Positions 28,927 to 38,773 are shown, counted from the stretch's first letter. The stretch: 52,458 nucleotides of DNA from Promethearchaeota archaeon (GCA_048939015.1 JBHLPW010000038.1:1-52458); one strand, 5' to 3'. Notes: generated by a model from the sequence alone, not told the origin. A program made the numbers and translations.

Positions 28927-30282
28927 TTAAAAGAATATAAAAATGATGACTGCGAGGTATATAATTCCTAGTATAATATGTAATGCTGCAAAAATTCCTC
29001 CAACCTTTAATAATTTTTTATAGTTCATTCCTTCAACGCAATATCTGGTTGAAAGTTCCAATGTCATCATATCAGCAGCGCTCCCTTGTGGTAAGAAATT
29101 ACCGCCTAAATTTATCCCCAAAATAAATGCGATTAACAAGGGAACGGAAGAAAAACCAGAACCTATTAAAACTTGAATTACAGGTATGAAAAGAACTGTG
29201 ACAGGAACATTATCTAAAAAAGCTGAGAGAATAGATGACAGTATCAATATTAAAACACATAACAAAAATAGATCTGTAGGTGCGATTTGCAATACAAAAA
29301 TCTCTATTATGGCAATAATTCCCACTTTTTCAAAACAAAACACTAATATAAATAAACTTATAAAGAAGAAGGGTAATTTGAAATCGACTTTTTTGAAGTA
29401 ATATGAAAGATCTGGTTTTTTTTTACCAGATTCACTTCTCCTCGGATTAAGAAATACGAATAAAAGCATACCAAGGAGGCCTACAAGTAGAATATCAGGA
29501 ATAATAATTAGCATTATGAAAAAGATGATTAAAGCTCCTAAGTTCCGATAAAAGACTTTTGGATTAATTGATTCTTCTAATATTATTAATTCATGTTCTT
29601 CTATATGCTCAGTTTCTAAAGGTTCATTATAGTCAGTACAATGAGGTATCCAAATTTCTTTCATATGTTTTTTGAGAATAAAATAATCTAGAAGAGATAA
29701 AGTCAATAAAGTAGTAACAATAAAATAAATTGAAAGACTTGCAAAAAACCAAGTAGTTGACAATGTAAATCTACTCGCTATTAAAATATTTTGTGCAGAG
29801 CCAAAAGGAGTCAAAGTAGCAGCAAGATTAATACAGATAGTCATTCCTAATAATATTGGAGTAGGATTTATTTTCATTTTTTCACTAGTGATTATTATCA
29901 TTGGTATAAAAATAATTGCTACAGAAACATCTTCAATAAAAGCAGCACTTAAAGTTGAAATTAAGCAAATTACCCAAAAAAACCTTCTGGTATTAGTGTG
30001 GAACTTTTTAGTAATTCTTGAGGCAATTTCTTGAAAAATCAATTGTTCCTCTAATATTACTACTATTGTAAAAACAGATATTAAGAAAAAAATCACAGGC
30101 CAATCTATAGCTAAAATGAACTCTTCAATTGTAAAAGGAGTTGGTGAGAAGAGGAAGGTTGCAGTTGCTGCAAGAAGCATAGCTAATATACTATAAGTTA
30201 AAAAGTCGGTTTTTTCACGAAATAATGCTACAATTACAATACTAAAACAAAAAATTACAAATAACTGTAGAAATATAATCAT
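28927..30282 (-). CDS. SLC13/ArsB/NhaD-family (IT superfamily) permease
   Basis: Multi-TM; LSAAFIED, TPFGSAQN, SAFLDNVP, NLGGNFLPQGSAA. Confidence 0.85.
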   Translation of the reverse strand: MIIFLQLFVIFCFSIVIVALFREKTDFLTYSILAMLLAATATFLFSPTPFTIEEFILAIDWPVIFFLISVFTIVVILEEQLIFQEIASRITKKFHTNTRRFFWVICLISTLSAAFIEDVSVAIIFIPMIIITSEKMKINPTPILLGMTICINLAATLTPFGSAQNILIASRFTLSTTWFFASLSIYFIVTTLLTLSLLDYFILKKHMKEIWIPHCTDYNEPLETEHIEEHELIILEESINPKVFYRNLGALIIFFIMLIIIPDILLVGLLGMLLFVFLNPRRSESGKKKPDLSYYFKKVDFKLPFFFISLFILVFCFEKVGIIAIIEIFVLQIAPTDLFLLCVLILILSSILSAFLDNVPVTVLFIPVIQVLIGSGFSSVPLLIAFILGINLGGNFLPQGSAADMMTLELSTRYCVEGMNYKKLLKVGGIFAALHIILGIIYLAVIIFIFF

Positions 30283-30403
30283 CCTTCTCTTGAATAAAAA
30301 TATCTATATCATTTTACTATTTATTATTTTGATTAAAATACTTAAAACTTCATTGTTTTAAAATAATTGAAAATAAAAAAAAGAGATTTGTTTAATTTGG
30401 GAT

Positions 30404-30790
30404 TTAACTTTTCCATAAAAAGTGTATATTACAATATTCTCGCGCCCAGAGGCCTTCAGGATGAGCAACTGTAAAAGTTGCTTTAGGCTCGTCACCAGGC
30501 TTTAAGAATCTTCTCTCGTAGCATCCATCCTTGCATATTATTTCAATCCACATTATATAATGCTCATCGGTCATAGGATGAGGCGTTCCCATTGATATTC
30601 CCACATCAACAGTGACCTTATTGCCATCAACCGTAATTTTTGGAACATGCTTTTCTGTTTTCCAATCCTTAGTTTGTTCCTCCATAAGTTTCATCGGTTG
30701 ACCGCAACAAATAGTTTCAGGGGCGGCAGGATGTAATATTTCAATAACTTTTCCACAGATGCTACATCTGTATATTTCTTTTTGTTTCAT
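30404..30790 (-). CDS. dfx: Desulfoferrodoxin (2Fe superoxide reductase)
   Basis: CSICG...CCGQPM desulforedoxin domain; EKHVP, HPM..EHYI, YCNIH. Confidence 0.95.
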   Translation of the reverse strand: MKQKEIYRCSICGKVIEILHPAAPETICCGQPMKLMEEQTKDWKTEKHVPKITVDGNKVTVDVGISMGTPHPMTDEHYIMWIEIICKDGCYERRFLKPGDEPKATFTVAHPEGLWAREYCNIHFLWKS

Positions 30791-30879
30791 TTATTATTCA
30801 CGTATTATATTTTTATTTTTTAATCAGATATTTTAATTTTTAAAAATTATTATTTTAAAATAAAAATTCAATTCCATTA

Positions 30880-31470
30880 TTAGAAATCTTCACATTTCTT
30901 TCTATAGTACTCTCGAGGATGATCACAAGATGGACATTTAAAGTTTTTGGGTAATTCATCCATTTCAACTTCATAACCACACTCCATGCATACCCAGACG
31001 ATTTTTTTGCCACGTTTGAAGAAAGCATCATCTCCAACTAATTTTAAGAGTTTTCCGTATCTCTCAGAGTGATGTTTTTCAGCCTTTATGATTGCACTTA
31101 CTCTTTTAGCAACTTCAGGATATCCTTCTTTTTCAGCTGTTTTAACAATATCAGGGTAAAGTGTTTGCCATTCCATATTTTCTCCTGCTATTGCGGATTT
31201 TAGATTTTCAATCGTAGTACCAAGAGTAGTTGGGAATTCTGCATCCGGGAGAACTTTCATTTCATCAAACTTTTCTTCCTTCTTAAATTGCTGGAGCATT
31301 TTATAGAACCAACTACCATGTTCCTTTTCTTGATCTGATGTTTCATCAAAAATTTTTGAAACAAATACATATCCTTCTTTTTTAGCCACTTTAGAAAAGT
31401 AATTATACCTATTACGGGCTTGAGATTCACCAACGTATGCGGTATATAATTTTTTGGGAGTTTCTTTCAT
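30880..31470 (-). CDS. rbr: Rubrerythrin
   Basis: GESQARNRY, QEKEH, GE..E, AEKHH; C-terminal CMECG...CPSCDHP. Confidence 0.95.
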   Translation of the reverse strand: MKETPKKLYTAYVGESQARNRYNYFSKVAKKEGYVFVSKIFDETSDQEKEHGSWFYKMLQQFKKEEKFDEMKVLPDAEFPTTLGTTIENLKSAIAGENMEWQTLYPDIVKTAEKEGYPEVAKRVSAIIKAEKHHSERYGKLLKLVGDDAFFKRGKKIVWVCMECGYEVEMDELPKNFKCPSCDHPREYYRKKCEDF

Positions 31471-31595
31471 AATTTTTAACCTCTATTTTATAAATTGGAA
31501 ATTCGTTATATAAGATTATATTTGGATTAATAACATTTCGCCTTTTTTATAACTTTTTTACTTATAATTTAAAGAAAAACTAAAAAAAGTATATT

Positions 31596-33980
31596 TTAAT
31601 AATAGGTTTCTGTCATTCTACTTTCTTCTAGCTCTACGGGATAACCTTTTCTATGCCACATCATCATTCCTCCGGTTAAATTTCTGATATCCCTAAATCC
31701 TGCTTGAGCTAGAATTTGAGCAGCCATCATAGACCGGGAACCAGAATGGCATATTGCGATTATTTCCTCCTCTTTATAATCTTTAATAATTTCGGGGTTA
31801 TTTAATAACTCTCCTAAAGGAATTAATCTACTATTTTTAATATGACCATGTGGACCAAGATATTCTTGAGGTGTTCGAACATCAATCATAAGTGGTGGTT
31901 CTTCTTCAGTACTAATTCGTTCAAAGAGTTCGTCGGCACTAATATCTGAGACGGGAGCTGCATCAGGAGGTCTAAGTTCTTTTCTAGTTTTCTTTTTAAC
32001 AGGAATAATAACTTCATTTGGTTTAACCCTTTCTAATGTAGCAACTAACATACCCTTTTCTTTTCCAAGATGTAATAAATTTACTGCTTCGTTTAATTTG
32101 GAATAAGCTTCAACGCTAGATTTAAATCCGGGATCTGTTGCATATACTTTTAATTTCTTATTTTCTGGTAATGTTTCAAAACCTTTTATTAAAGCATTTA
32201 AAGGACCTGGACATGAAAGTCCACACGCATCTACTTCAATGTAATCTTCACTTTCAGTAGCCTTTTCATGTACAAATTCTTCGATAACATATTCAGAACC
32301 TCCACACGCAGCCATTATTTCTTCTGTTGTTGCATTTGCCATCTCATAAATTTTAAATCCCCCCGTTAATTCATATACTTCTTTAAAACCACTTTGCAAT
32401 AGAATTCTTAAAGCTAAATAACTCCTATATCCTACTTCACAGTAAACAAATATTGATTTGTCATTAGGTACTTCTCCTATACGTGTTCTAAGTTCCTCAA
32501 TCGGAATATTAACTGAGCCTCCAATGGATCTAGCAGAAAATTCCTCTTTAGTTCTAACGTCTAATAAAACAGCCCCATTATTTAAAGTATCAATTGAATC
32601 ATGCCAATGCCAAATCGGCATATCTTTTCTAAGATAGTTTGATGCAACAAACCCAGCCATGTTTACGGGATCTTTTGCGGAACTGTAAGGAGGAGCGTAA
32701 GTTAATTCTAATTCTTCTAAATCAAAAACAGTTCCGTTAAACTTTATCACAGTTGAGATAACGTCAATCCTTTTCTCAGTACCAGGACCTCCGACTGCTT
32801 GCGCTCCAAGAATTTTACCATTTGGGATCTCAAAAATTAATTTTAATGTTATCGGTATTGCTCCAGGATAATAACCTGCATGATTATTAGGATGAATATA
32901 AATTTTATCATAATCTATATTTTGATTTTTCAATTGTTTTTCAGTTAATCCTGTGGAAGCGACTGTTAGGTCAAAAATCTTAACAACAGATGCTCCTAAG
33001 ACTCCTTTATATTCTGAATTTCTTCCAGCAATATTATCTGCTGCTATTCTCCCTTGTTTGTTTGCGGGACCTGCTAAGGCAATCGATATTGGTTTTTTAA
33101 GCTGAAAATGATCAACTTGAATAATATCACCAACAGCATAAATATCCAAATTAGATGTTTGCATTCTATTATTAACGATAACATACCCTTTTTCTGAAAT
33201 TTTTAAACCAGCTTGTTTAGCTAATGTGTTTTCTGGTCTAATACCAATAGATAAAATAACCAATTCTGTTTCTATCACACGACCACTTTTTGTTTTAACA
33301 AAAGGTTCGCCTTTATCATTTCTACCAAAAGAATCAACAGGATCCTCTAAAACTAAACAAACACCATTTAATATTAATTCTTGGTGTATAAATTGTGCTA
33401 TTTCCTTATCTATTGGAGGCATCACTTGATCCAGCATTTCAACAATTTTAACTTTCACACCTTTCTCTACTAGGTTTTCTGCCATTTCTAATCCAATGAA
33501 ACCTCCTCCTACGATAACGGCTTTTTTTATATTAGATTTTTCAACATATTCACGTATTTTTATCGCATCTGGAATTGTCCAAATTGTAAAATAAGGAACA
33601 TTACTGAGCCCATGAAATGAAGGTACAATTGGTTTTGAGCCAGTTGCTAAGATTAAATAGTCATATTCAAGAATATATTCATTTAAATGTTCTAAATCTT
33701 TTACACTAACTATTTTTTTGTCTTTATCTATTGAAATTACCTCAGTATTAATTCGAACATCAATATTAAATCTTTCGAGGAATGTTTCTGGTGTTACTAA
33801 TTCCAAAGACTCACGATCTTTTATTACATTTCCTACATAGTAAGGTAATCCACAATTCGCGAATGATACATATGGACCTCGATCTAACATTGTTATTTCG
33901 AAATCTTCTCTTAATCTTCTTAATCTAGCAGCAGCAGAAGCACCTCCTGCCACACCTCCAATTATTACTACTTTTTTCAT
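31596..33980 (-). CDS. CoA-disulfide/persulfide reductase (Npsr/CoADR) fused to rhodanese, TusA-like and a second rhodanese domain
   Basis: GGVAGGASAA, SFANCGLPY, YAPPYS; rhodanese YCEVGYR; TusA-like VDACGLSCPGP; rhodanese ICHSGSRS. Confidence 0.92.
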   Translation of the reverse strand: MKKVVIIGGVAGGASAAARLRRLREDFEITMLDRGPYVSFANCGLPYYVGNVIKDRESLELVTPETFLERFNIDVRINTEVISIDKDKKIVSVKDLEHLNEYILEYDYLILATGSKPIVPSFHGLSNVPYFTIWTIPDAIKIREYVEKSNIKKAVIVGGGFIGLEMAENLVEKGVKVKIVEMLDQVMPPIDKEIAQFIHQELILNGVCLVLEDPVDSFGRNDKGEPFVKTKSGRVIETELVILSIGIRPENTLAKQAGLKISEKGYVIVNNRMQTSNLDIYAVGDIIQVDHFQLKKPISIALAGPANKQGRIAADNIAGRNSEYKGVLGASVVKIFDLTVASTGLTEKQLKNQNIDYDKIYIHPNNHAGYYPGAIPITLKLIFEIPNGKILGAQAVGGPGTEKRIDVISTVIKFNGTVFDLEELELTYAPPYSSAKDPVNMAGFVASNYLRKDMPIWHWHDSIDTLNNGAVLLDVRTKEEFSARSIGGSVNIPIEELRTRIGEVPNDKSIFVYCEVGYRSYLALRILLQSGFKEVYELTGGFKIYEMANATTEEIMAACGGSEYVIEEFVHEKATESEDYIEVDACGLSCPGPLNALIKGFETLPENKKLKVYATDPGFKSSVEAYSKLNEAVNLLHLGKEKGMLVATLERVKPNEVIIPVKKKTRKELRPPDAAPVSDISADELFERISTEEEPPLMIDVRTPQEYLGPHGHIKNSRLIPLGELLNNPEIIKDYKEEEIIAICHSGSRSMMAAQILAQAGFRDIRNLTGGMMMWHRKGYPVELEESRMTETYY

Positions 33981-34109
33981 AAAAAAACCTGATTCTATAT
34001 TTGATTACAATCTCTTTAACTATTTTTATAACGCGATTAATTTAAATTTGGCTATTATAAGTTAGAAAAATTACTATATAATCCAGTATTTTAAAAAAAT
34101 GATATTAAT

Positions 34110-35243
34110 ATGGATGATAACAAATTATTAACCGAAATAAATTCATGTGTAGACTGTAAGGTTTGTATGGATGTATGCGATACTTATAAGGTTACCCTTG
34201 ATGAATTAAAATCCCCTAATGGAAGATTAAAAATAGCTGAAAAAGTTTTTTCTAATAATCATATTACAGAAGAGGAGCGTTTAGCGCTCTATACTTGTAC
34301 ATTATGTGGATTGTGTGATTTAACTTGTCAACAAGAAATTCAAATATCAGAGATTATTCTATCATCAAAAATTAGGCTTGTAAATGAAAATAAAGGACCA
34401 TTAGAAATACATAATAAAATTATAAAAGGTATTATTGAAAAAGACAATTCGGTTGGTGGAAATCCCGAAGAAAGATTAAATTGGTTGCCTGAAAGTTATA
34501 GAACAAAAGAACTATTTGAAAAGAAAGATTCAGATACTCTGTTATTTTTAGGATGTATGTCTTCTTTTCGTGTACCCGAAAGTGCTCTTGCTCCCTATGA
34601 AATTCTAAAACTAGCTAATTATGACTTTAAAATTTTAGAAAAGGAACCGTGTTGTGGAGAATATGTATATTCCGCAGGAAATCTTAATCTTGCTAAGAAG
34701 ATTTTTCAAGAAAATATTGAACTGTTTAAGAGAAACGGAGTAAAAAATTTGATAGTTACATGTGGAGGTTGTTTATATGCCTTTGATAAAGTATACAGAA
34801 AATATTTTAAAGATTTTAATCTAAATGTAAGGCATATAATTGAAGTCATTTATGAATTGGAAAGAACTAATAAAATCACATTAAAACCATTAAATAAACA
34901 AATTACCTATCATGATCCTTGTCGTATAGGGAGAAAATATAAAAGTGGGCCTTTATACTCTGAACCTCGAAAACTTTTAGATAAATGTGGCCTAAGAGTT
35001 AAAGAATTATCTAATAACCCAGAAGAATGTCCTTGTTGCGGAGCAGGTTCCGGAATTAGAGGTGTTGAGAGTAGTATTTGTATTAAAATAGGTAAAGAAT
35101 TATTTAGTAATATCGAAACTAGAGAAATAGTTACCTCTTGTCCTTTATGTGTATTTAACTTTAGATATGTTAACTACAAAAACCAAATGGATAAAGAAAG
35201 TAAATATATAACTGATTACCTTTTGGAATCAATGAAAAAATAA
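34110..35243 (+). CDS. HdrD/GlpC-like Fe-S oxidoreductase (2x[4Fe-4S] + CCG domains)
   Basis: CVDCKVCMDVC, CTLCGLCDLTC, EPCCG, TYHDPCRIGR, CCGAG, TSCPLC. Confidence 0.9.
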   Translation: MDDNKLLTEINSCVDCKVCMDVCDTYKVTLDELKSPNGRLKIAEKVFSNNHITEEERLALYTCTLCGLCDLTCQQEIQISEIILSSKIRLVNENKGPLEIHNKIIKGIIEKDNSVGGNPEERLNWLPESYRTKELFEKKDSDTLLFLGCMSSFRVPESALAPYEILKLANYDFKILEKEPCCGEYVYSAGNLNLAKKIFQENIELFKRNGVKNLIVTCGGCLYAFDKVYRKYFKDFNLNVRHIIEVIYELERTNKITLKPLNKQITYHDPCRIGRKYKSGPLYSEPRKLLDKCGLRVKELSNNPEECPCCGAGSGIRGVESSICIKIGKELFSNIETREIVTSCPLCVFNFRYVNYKNQMDKESKYITDYLLESMKK

Positions 35244-35248
35244 AAAAA

Positions 35249-36049
35249 TTAACCTCTATAATCTAAAATTATTACGGCATCCACAAATAGTTCGTAATTA
35301 TCATCTTCGTCGAAATCATGTATAATAACTTTTTCTACTTCACCGAGTTCTCCTTTTATCTCATTCAGCTCTGATTGACGGAGAATCTTTACATCAGATT
35401 GTTTTAATTTTTTCGCAATTTCCACATTTCCAGGGATTTCTTTTGCAGAAGTTAATACTATTACTCTCCCCGTATATTCAGTTAATTTCAGAGCTAATTC
35501 TAAAGAAGCATCCCCCGTATCAACTATCAATGTTCTTTTTTCTCTTAATTCTTCGAGATCGGGCACTTCTAGATAGACTCCTTTCCCTTTGAATTCATCA
35601 ACTCCCAGAATTACTCGTACGTCAAGTTGACATGAAGTAACTACTTCTATTTCTGGTTGTGTGCCCTCACGATAATTATTTATAGCTGCTTTTAAGGCAT
35701 CTGCGGCTAGATTTGAACAATGCATTTTGATAGGAGGTAAGCCGTCTAATTCCTCTGCGACATCACTCCGAGTAATTTTATATGCCTCATCAAGAGTCAT
35801 ACCTTTAGCCATCTCAGTTACCATTGATGAAGTCGATACTGCTGATCCACAGCCAAAAGTTCTGAATTTAATATCATCAATGATATCTTCTCCTTTTTCA
35901 TTTTTTCCTACTTTTATAAATATTTCCATTAAATCTCCACATACAGGATTTCCAACCTTTCCATACCCATCAGGATTCTCGATTGAACCCACATTTCGTG
36001 GATTCCGAAAATGATCCAATACTTTATCTGTATATTTATGTACACTCAT
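35249..36049 (-). CDS. iscU: Fe-S scaffold IscU/NifU fused to a thioredoxin-reductase-like Rossmann domain
   Basis: HFRNPRNVG, GNPVCGD, FGCGSA, LPPIKMHCSNLA. C-terminal GVDEFKGKGVY...LIVDTGDASLELALKL...VDAVII. Confidence 0.88.
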   Translation of the reverse strand: MSVHKYTDKVLDHFRNPRNVGSIENPDGYGKVGNPVCGDLMEIFIKVGKNEKGEDIIDDIKFRTFGCGSAVSTSSMVTEMAKGMTLDEAYKITRSDVAEELDGLPPIKMHCSNLAADALKAAINNYREGTQPEIEVVTSCQLDVRVILGVDEFKGKGVYLEVPDLEELREKRTLIVDTGDASLELALKLTEYTGRVIVLTSAKEIPGNVEIAKKLKQSDVKILRQSELNEIKGELGEVEKVIIHDFDEDDNYELFVDAVIILDYRG

Positions 36050-37240
36050 TTAATTTTCCTCCTTTTGTAATTTTTTTAATAAATCTGAAGGTGTAAGTGG
36101 TGATAATATTCTTAATTTTCTTACTATTCCAGGTAGTACTTCTATAATTTTATCAATATCCTTTTCTTCTGTAAATCTACCTAGAGTTAATAATAAACTC
36201 CCATGTGCCTCCTCATGTAATAGTCCACATGAAATGAGAGTATGGGAGGGTTCTAGAGTCTTTGAAGAACAAGCAGAACCGGTTGCTACCTCAACATTTT
36301 CGTCCTTTAAGGAGAGAAGTAATGATTCACCTTCAATATAATCAAATCGGAAGTTAGCATTATGTGGTGTCCTTTTCTCAGGATGCCCGTTTAGATAGGA
36401 TTTAGGAATTTTTAAAACTTCCCTAATTAGTTTATCCCTAAGAATTTTTAATCTTGTTGCTTCATCATTTATTTCTGCCTTCATTATTTCAGTGGCTTTA
36501 GCAAATCCTATTATTCCAGACATATTTTCTGATCCAGATCTTATACCTTTCTCTTGACCTCCTCCAATAAGTAAAGGATTTACTCTAACTCCTTTTTTTA
36601 GATATAATGCTCCTACACCCCTTGGACCATAGATATCGTTTGATGATAAAGTAAGTAAATCAAAAGGTACTGCTTGTACATCAATAGGTATAGAGTTTTC
36701 ACTAGCTACAGCATCAGAATGAAACCATATATTATTTTTTTGAGCAAGTTCCGCAATTTCTTCTACAGGCTGGATAGTCCCGATTTCGTTACTAGCTGTA
36801 GAAATTGATATCAAAATTGTTTTATCATTTATGAGACGTTCTAATTTTCCAAGATTTATCATTCCAAATCTGTCTACTGGAACTCTACTCACTCTAAATC
36901 CTTGTCTCTCTAAATATTTACCAATATTTATTATCGAAATATGTTCAATCTCTGATATAACGATATGATTTCCTTTTTTTTGATTTCGAAGAGCAGCTCC
37001 AATTATTCCTAAATTGTTTGATTCGGTGGCCCCTGAAGTAAATATTATATTGTCGGGACTTGGAGCATTAATGAACTTCGCAACTTTAAGTCGAGCTTCA
37101 TCTAAAGAATTTGTAGCATTATATCCATAAGTATGTAATGAAGATGGATTTCCAAATTCTTTAGTGAAATATGGTTTCATTGCCTCAAATACACGAGGAT
37201 CTACTGGTTTAGCTGCTTGGTAATCTAAATAAACACTCAT
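36050..37240 (-). CDS. iscS: Cysteine desulfurase (IscS/NifS type)
   Basis: YLDYQA, GNPSSLH, FTSGATESNN, GGGQEKGIRSGSEN, ATGSACSS. The usual PLP-lysine motif reads SSNDIYGP. Confidence 0.92.
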   Translation of the reverse strand: MSVYLDYQAAKPVDPRVFEAMKPYFTKEFGNPSSLHTYGYNATNSLDEARLKVAKFINAPSPDNIIFTSGATESNNLGIIGAALRNQKKGNHIVISEIEHISIINIGKYLERQGFRVSRVPVDRFGMINLGKLERLINDKTILISISTASNEIGTIQPVEEIAELAQKNNIWFHSDAVASENSIPIDVQAVPFDLLTLSSNDIYGPRGVGALYLKKGVRVNPLLIGGGQEKGIRSGSENMSGIIGFAKATEIMKAEINDEATRLKILRDKLIREVLKIPKSYLNGHPEKRTPHNANFRFDYIEGESLLLSLKDENVEVATGSACSSKTLEPSHTLISCGLLHEEAHGSLLLTLGRFTEEKDIDKIIEVLPGIVRKLRILSPLTPSDLLKKLQKEEN

Positions 37241-37258
37241 CTCTTACACCCATTTTAT

Positions 37259-37513
37259 CTATTTCAATTTTTTAAAAATAAATACTAAATCATCGCCATC
37301 TTTATTAAATTCTACTATCTTTGTATCAGTCCTTTTTGCCCATCTCTTAAGATCCTCTTCAGCAGCAGGATCATCAGCAATTACTTTAAAACATTGTCCT
37401 ACACTAAGAGTTTCACTTAAATTTCTTACTTCAAATAATGGTTCTGGACAGAATAAACCACGAGTATCTAATTCTTTATCAATTGTAATCCCTTTATTTT
37501 CCTCATTACTCAA
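37259..37513 (-). CDS. tusA: Sulfur carrier TusA
   Basis: LDTRGLFCPEP, ADDPAAEED; TTG start with SD AGAGG. Confidence 0.9.
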   Translation of the reverse strand: MSNEENKGITIDKELDTRGLFCPEPLFEVRNLSETLSVGQCFKVIADDPAAEEDLKRWAKRTDTKIVEFNKDGDDLVFIFKKLK

Positions 37514-37718
37514 TTCAAAAACCTCTTTAAAATGATTCTATTTCTTAATTTTCCTTGAGTTATAAACGATTTATAAAGAGTATAAATCTTCTCATTATAA
37601 TTTAGTAAATTTTAGTCTAATTAAAAAGAATTCTATAAAATCCATAGAAAAAGATAATTATATTTTATAAATCTCAAAAATAAAAGCTTAAAAAAGCTGA
37701 ATTTAGATAGAAAGGGTA

Positions 37719-38351
37719 CTAACTTCCCGCTAATCGTTTAATATGTTTTACACCATCAACAGCGTCATCTGCAAAATCATCAGCTCCAAGTCTTTTTGCA
37801 AGTTCCATATTCAAAGGAGCACCACCAACAATTAATTTAACCTTATCACGTAATCCAGCAGCTTTTAATGCTTCATGAACTGCTTTTATATTTTCAACGG
37901 TCATGGTTAATAAAGAACTTAGAGCAATTATAGTCGCACCAGTTTCTTTAACCTTTTCAATTATTAGATTCTCATCGACATCCATCCCCATGTCATGCAG
38001 TTCAAAGCCAGAACTTAATAGAAGAGAACCAAGTATGTTTTTTCCAATATCATGATTATCTCCCTTCACCGTAGCAATAATTATCTTTACTTTATCCTCT
38101 GTTTTATCCGCAGCCTCTAATGCAGGCTTCAAAATAGCAAAAGCTTCTTTCATTGTTTCTCCTGCGAGAACGAGTTCTGTTAAATAATATTCTTTTTCTT
38201 CATAACGGCGCCCTACTTCGTCCATTCCTTCGGTTAAGGAATTTAGTATATCAAAAGCATCCTTACCCTCACTTAAAGCTTCTTTTACGGCATCTGCAAT
38301 ATCATCAACTTCTAATTCAATTACTAATTCTGTAAGTTTTTCAAAATCCAT
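37719..38351 (-). CDS. Methyltransferase-cognate corrinoid (B12-binding) protein
   Basis: B12 cap GMDEVG; TVKGDNHDIGKN (DxHxxG), SSLLTMT, IVGGAP, LGAD. Confidence 0.92.
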   Translation of the reverse strand: MDFEKLTELVIELEVDDIADAVKEALSEGKDAFDILNSLTEGMDEVGRRYEEKEYYLTELVLAGETMKEAFAILKPALEAADKTEDKVKIIIATVKGDNHDIGKNILGSLLLSSGFELHDMGMDVDENLIIEKVKETGATIIALSSLLTMTVENIKAVHEALKAAGLRDKVKLIVGGAPLNMELAKRLGADDFADDAVDGVKHIKRLAGS

Positions 38352-38471
38352 AAAAATCTCTTTCCTTTAAGAATATATGACAGTAGTTATTATAAAAATA
38401 AATTAAAATTATCCTTTAAATCTTATTTTAATATTAATATATATTAGACACAAAGGATAAAATTTTAAATT

Positions 38472-38627
38472 AAAAAAAGAGATCGAGGGAGATGAGAAAA
38501 AAAAAATCTTAAAAGTCTAAGATTTCACAAAATTTAGATAGTTACCATTTTAATTAGGAAATTCCTCATTAAGTGTATGTCACATTAATTTTAGGGGATA
38601 TTATTTGTATTTTCTCAATCTTCCCTC
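38472..38627 (-). ncRNA. Candidate structured non-coding RNA or miniature inverted-repeat element
   Basis: Terminal arms 38610-38627 and 38485-38500 pair over 16 bp with two bulges and enclose three hairpins. TATA-like TTTAAATA lies ~25 nt upstream and a T7 tract just downstream. Confidence 0.35.
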
Positions 38628-38773
38628 TAGTTTATAAGTATGATACTTTTGTATTTAAATTTAATTGCAATTTTTTACTATTCCTAAATTTCGAATTAGG
38701 CTGGTTTTATGATATTACTATATTTTATTATTTTTGACACTAAAGATTTAAATAAGAAATTATTATAAAAACC

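Noticed and set aside
16006-37513. Selenocysteine (in-frame TGA) recoding in the redox genes
   Set aside because: The redox ORFs are full length with Cys at the expected positions; no truncated ORF with TGA read-through was seen.
38683-38700. CCTAAATTTCGAATTAGG imperfect palindrome upstream of the ABC ATPase
   Set aside because: Single occurrence with no second copy seen to support a binding site.
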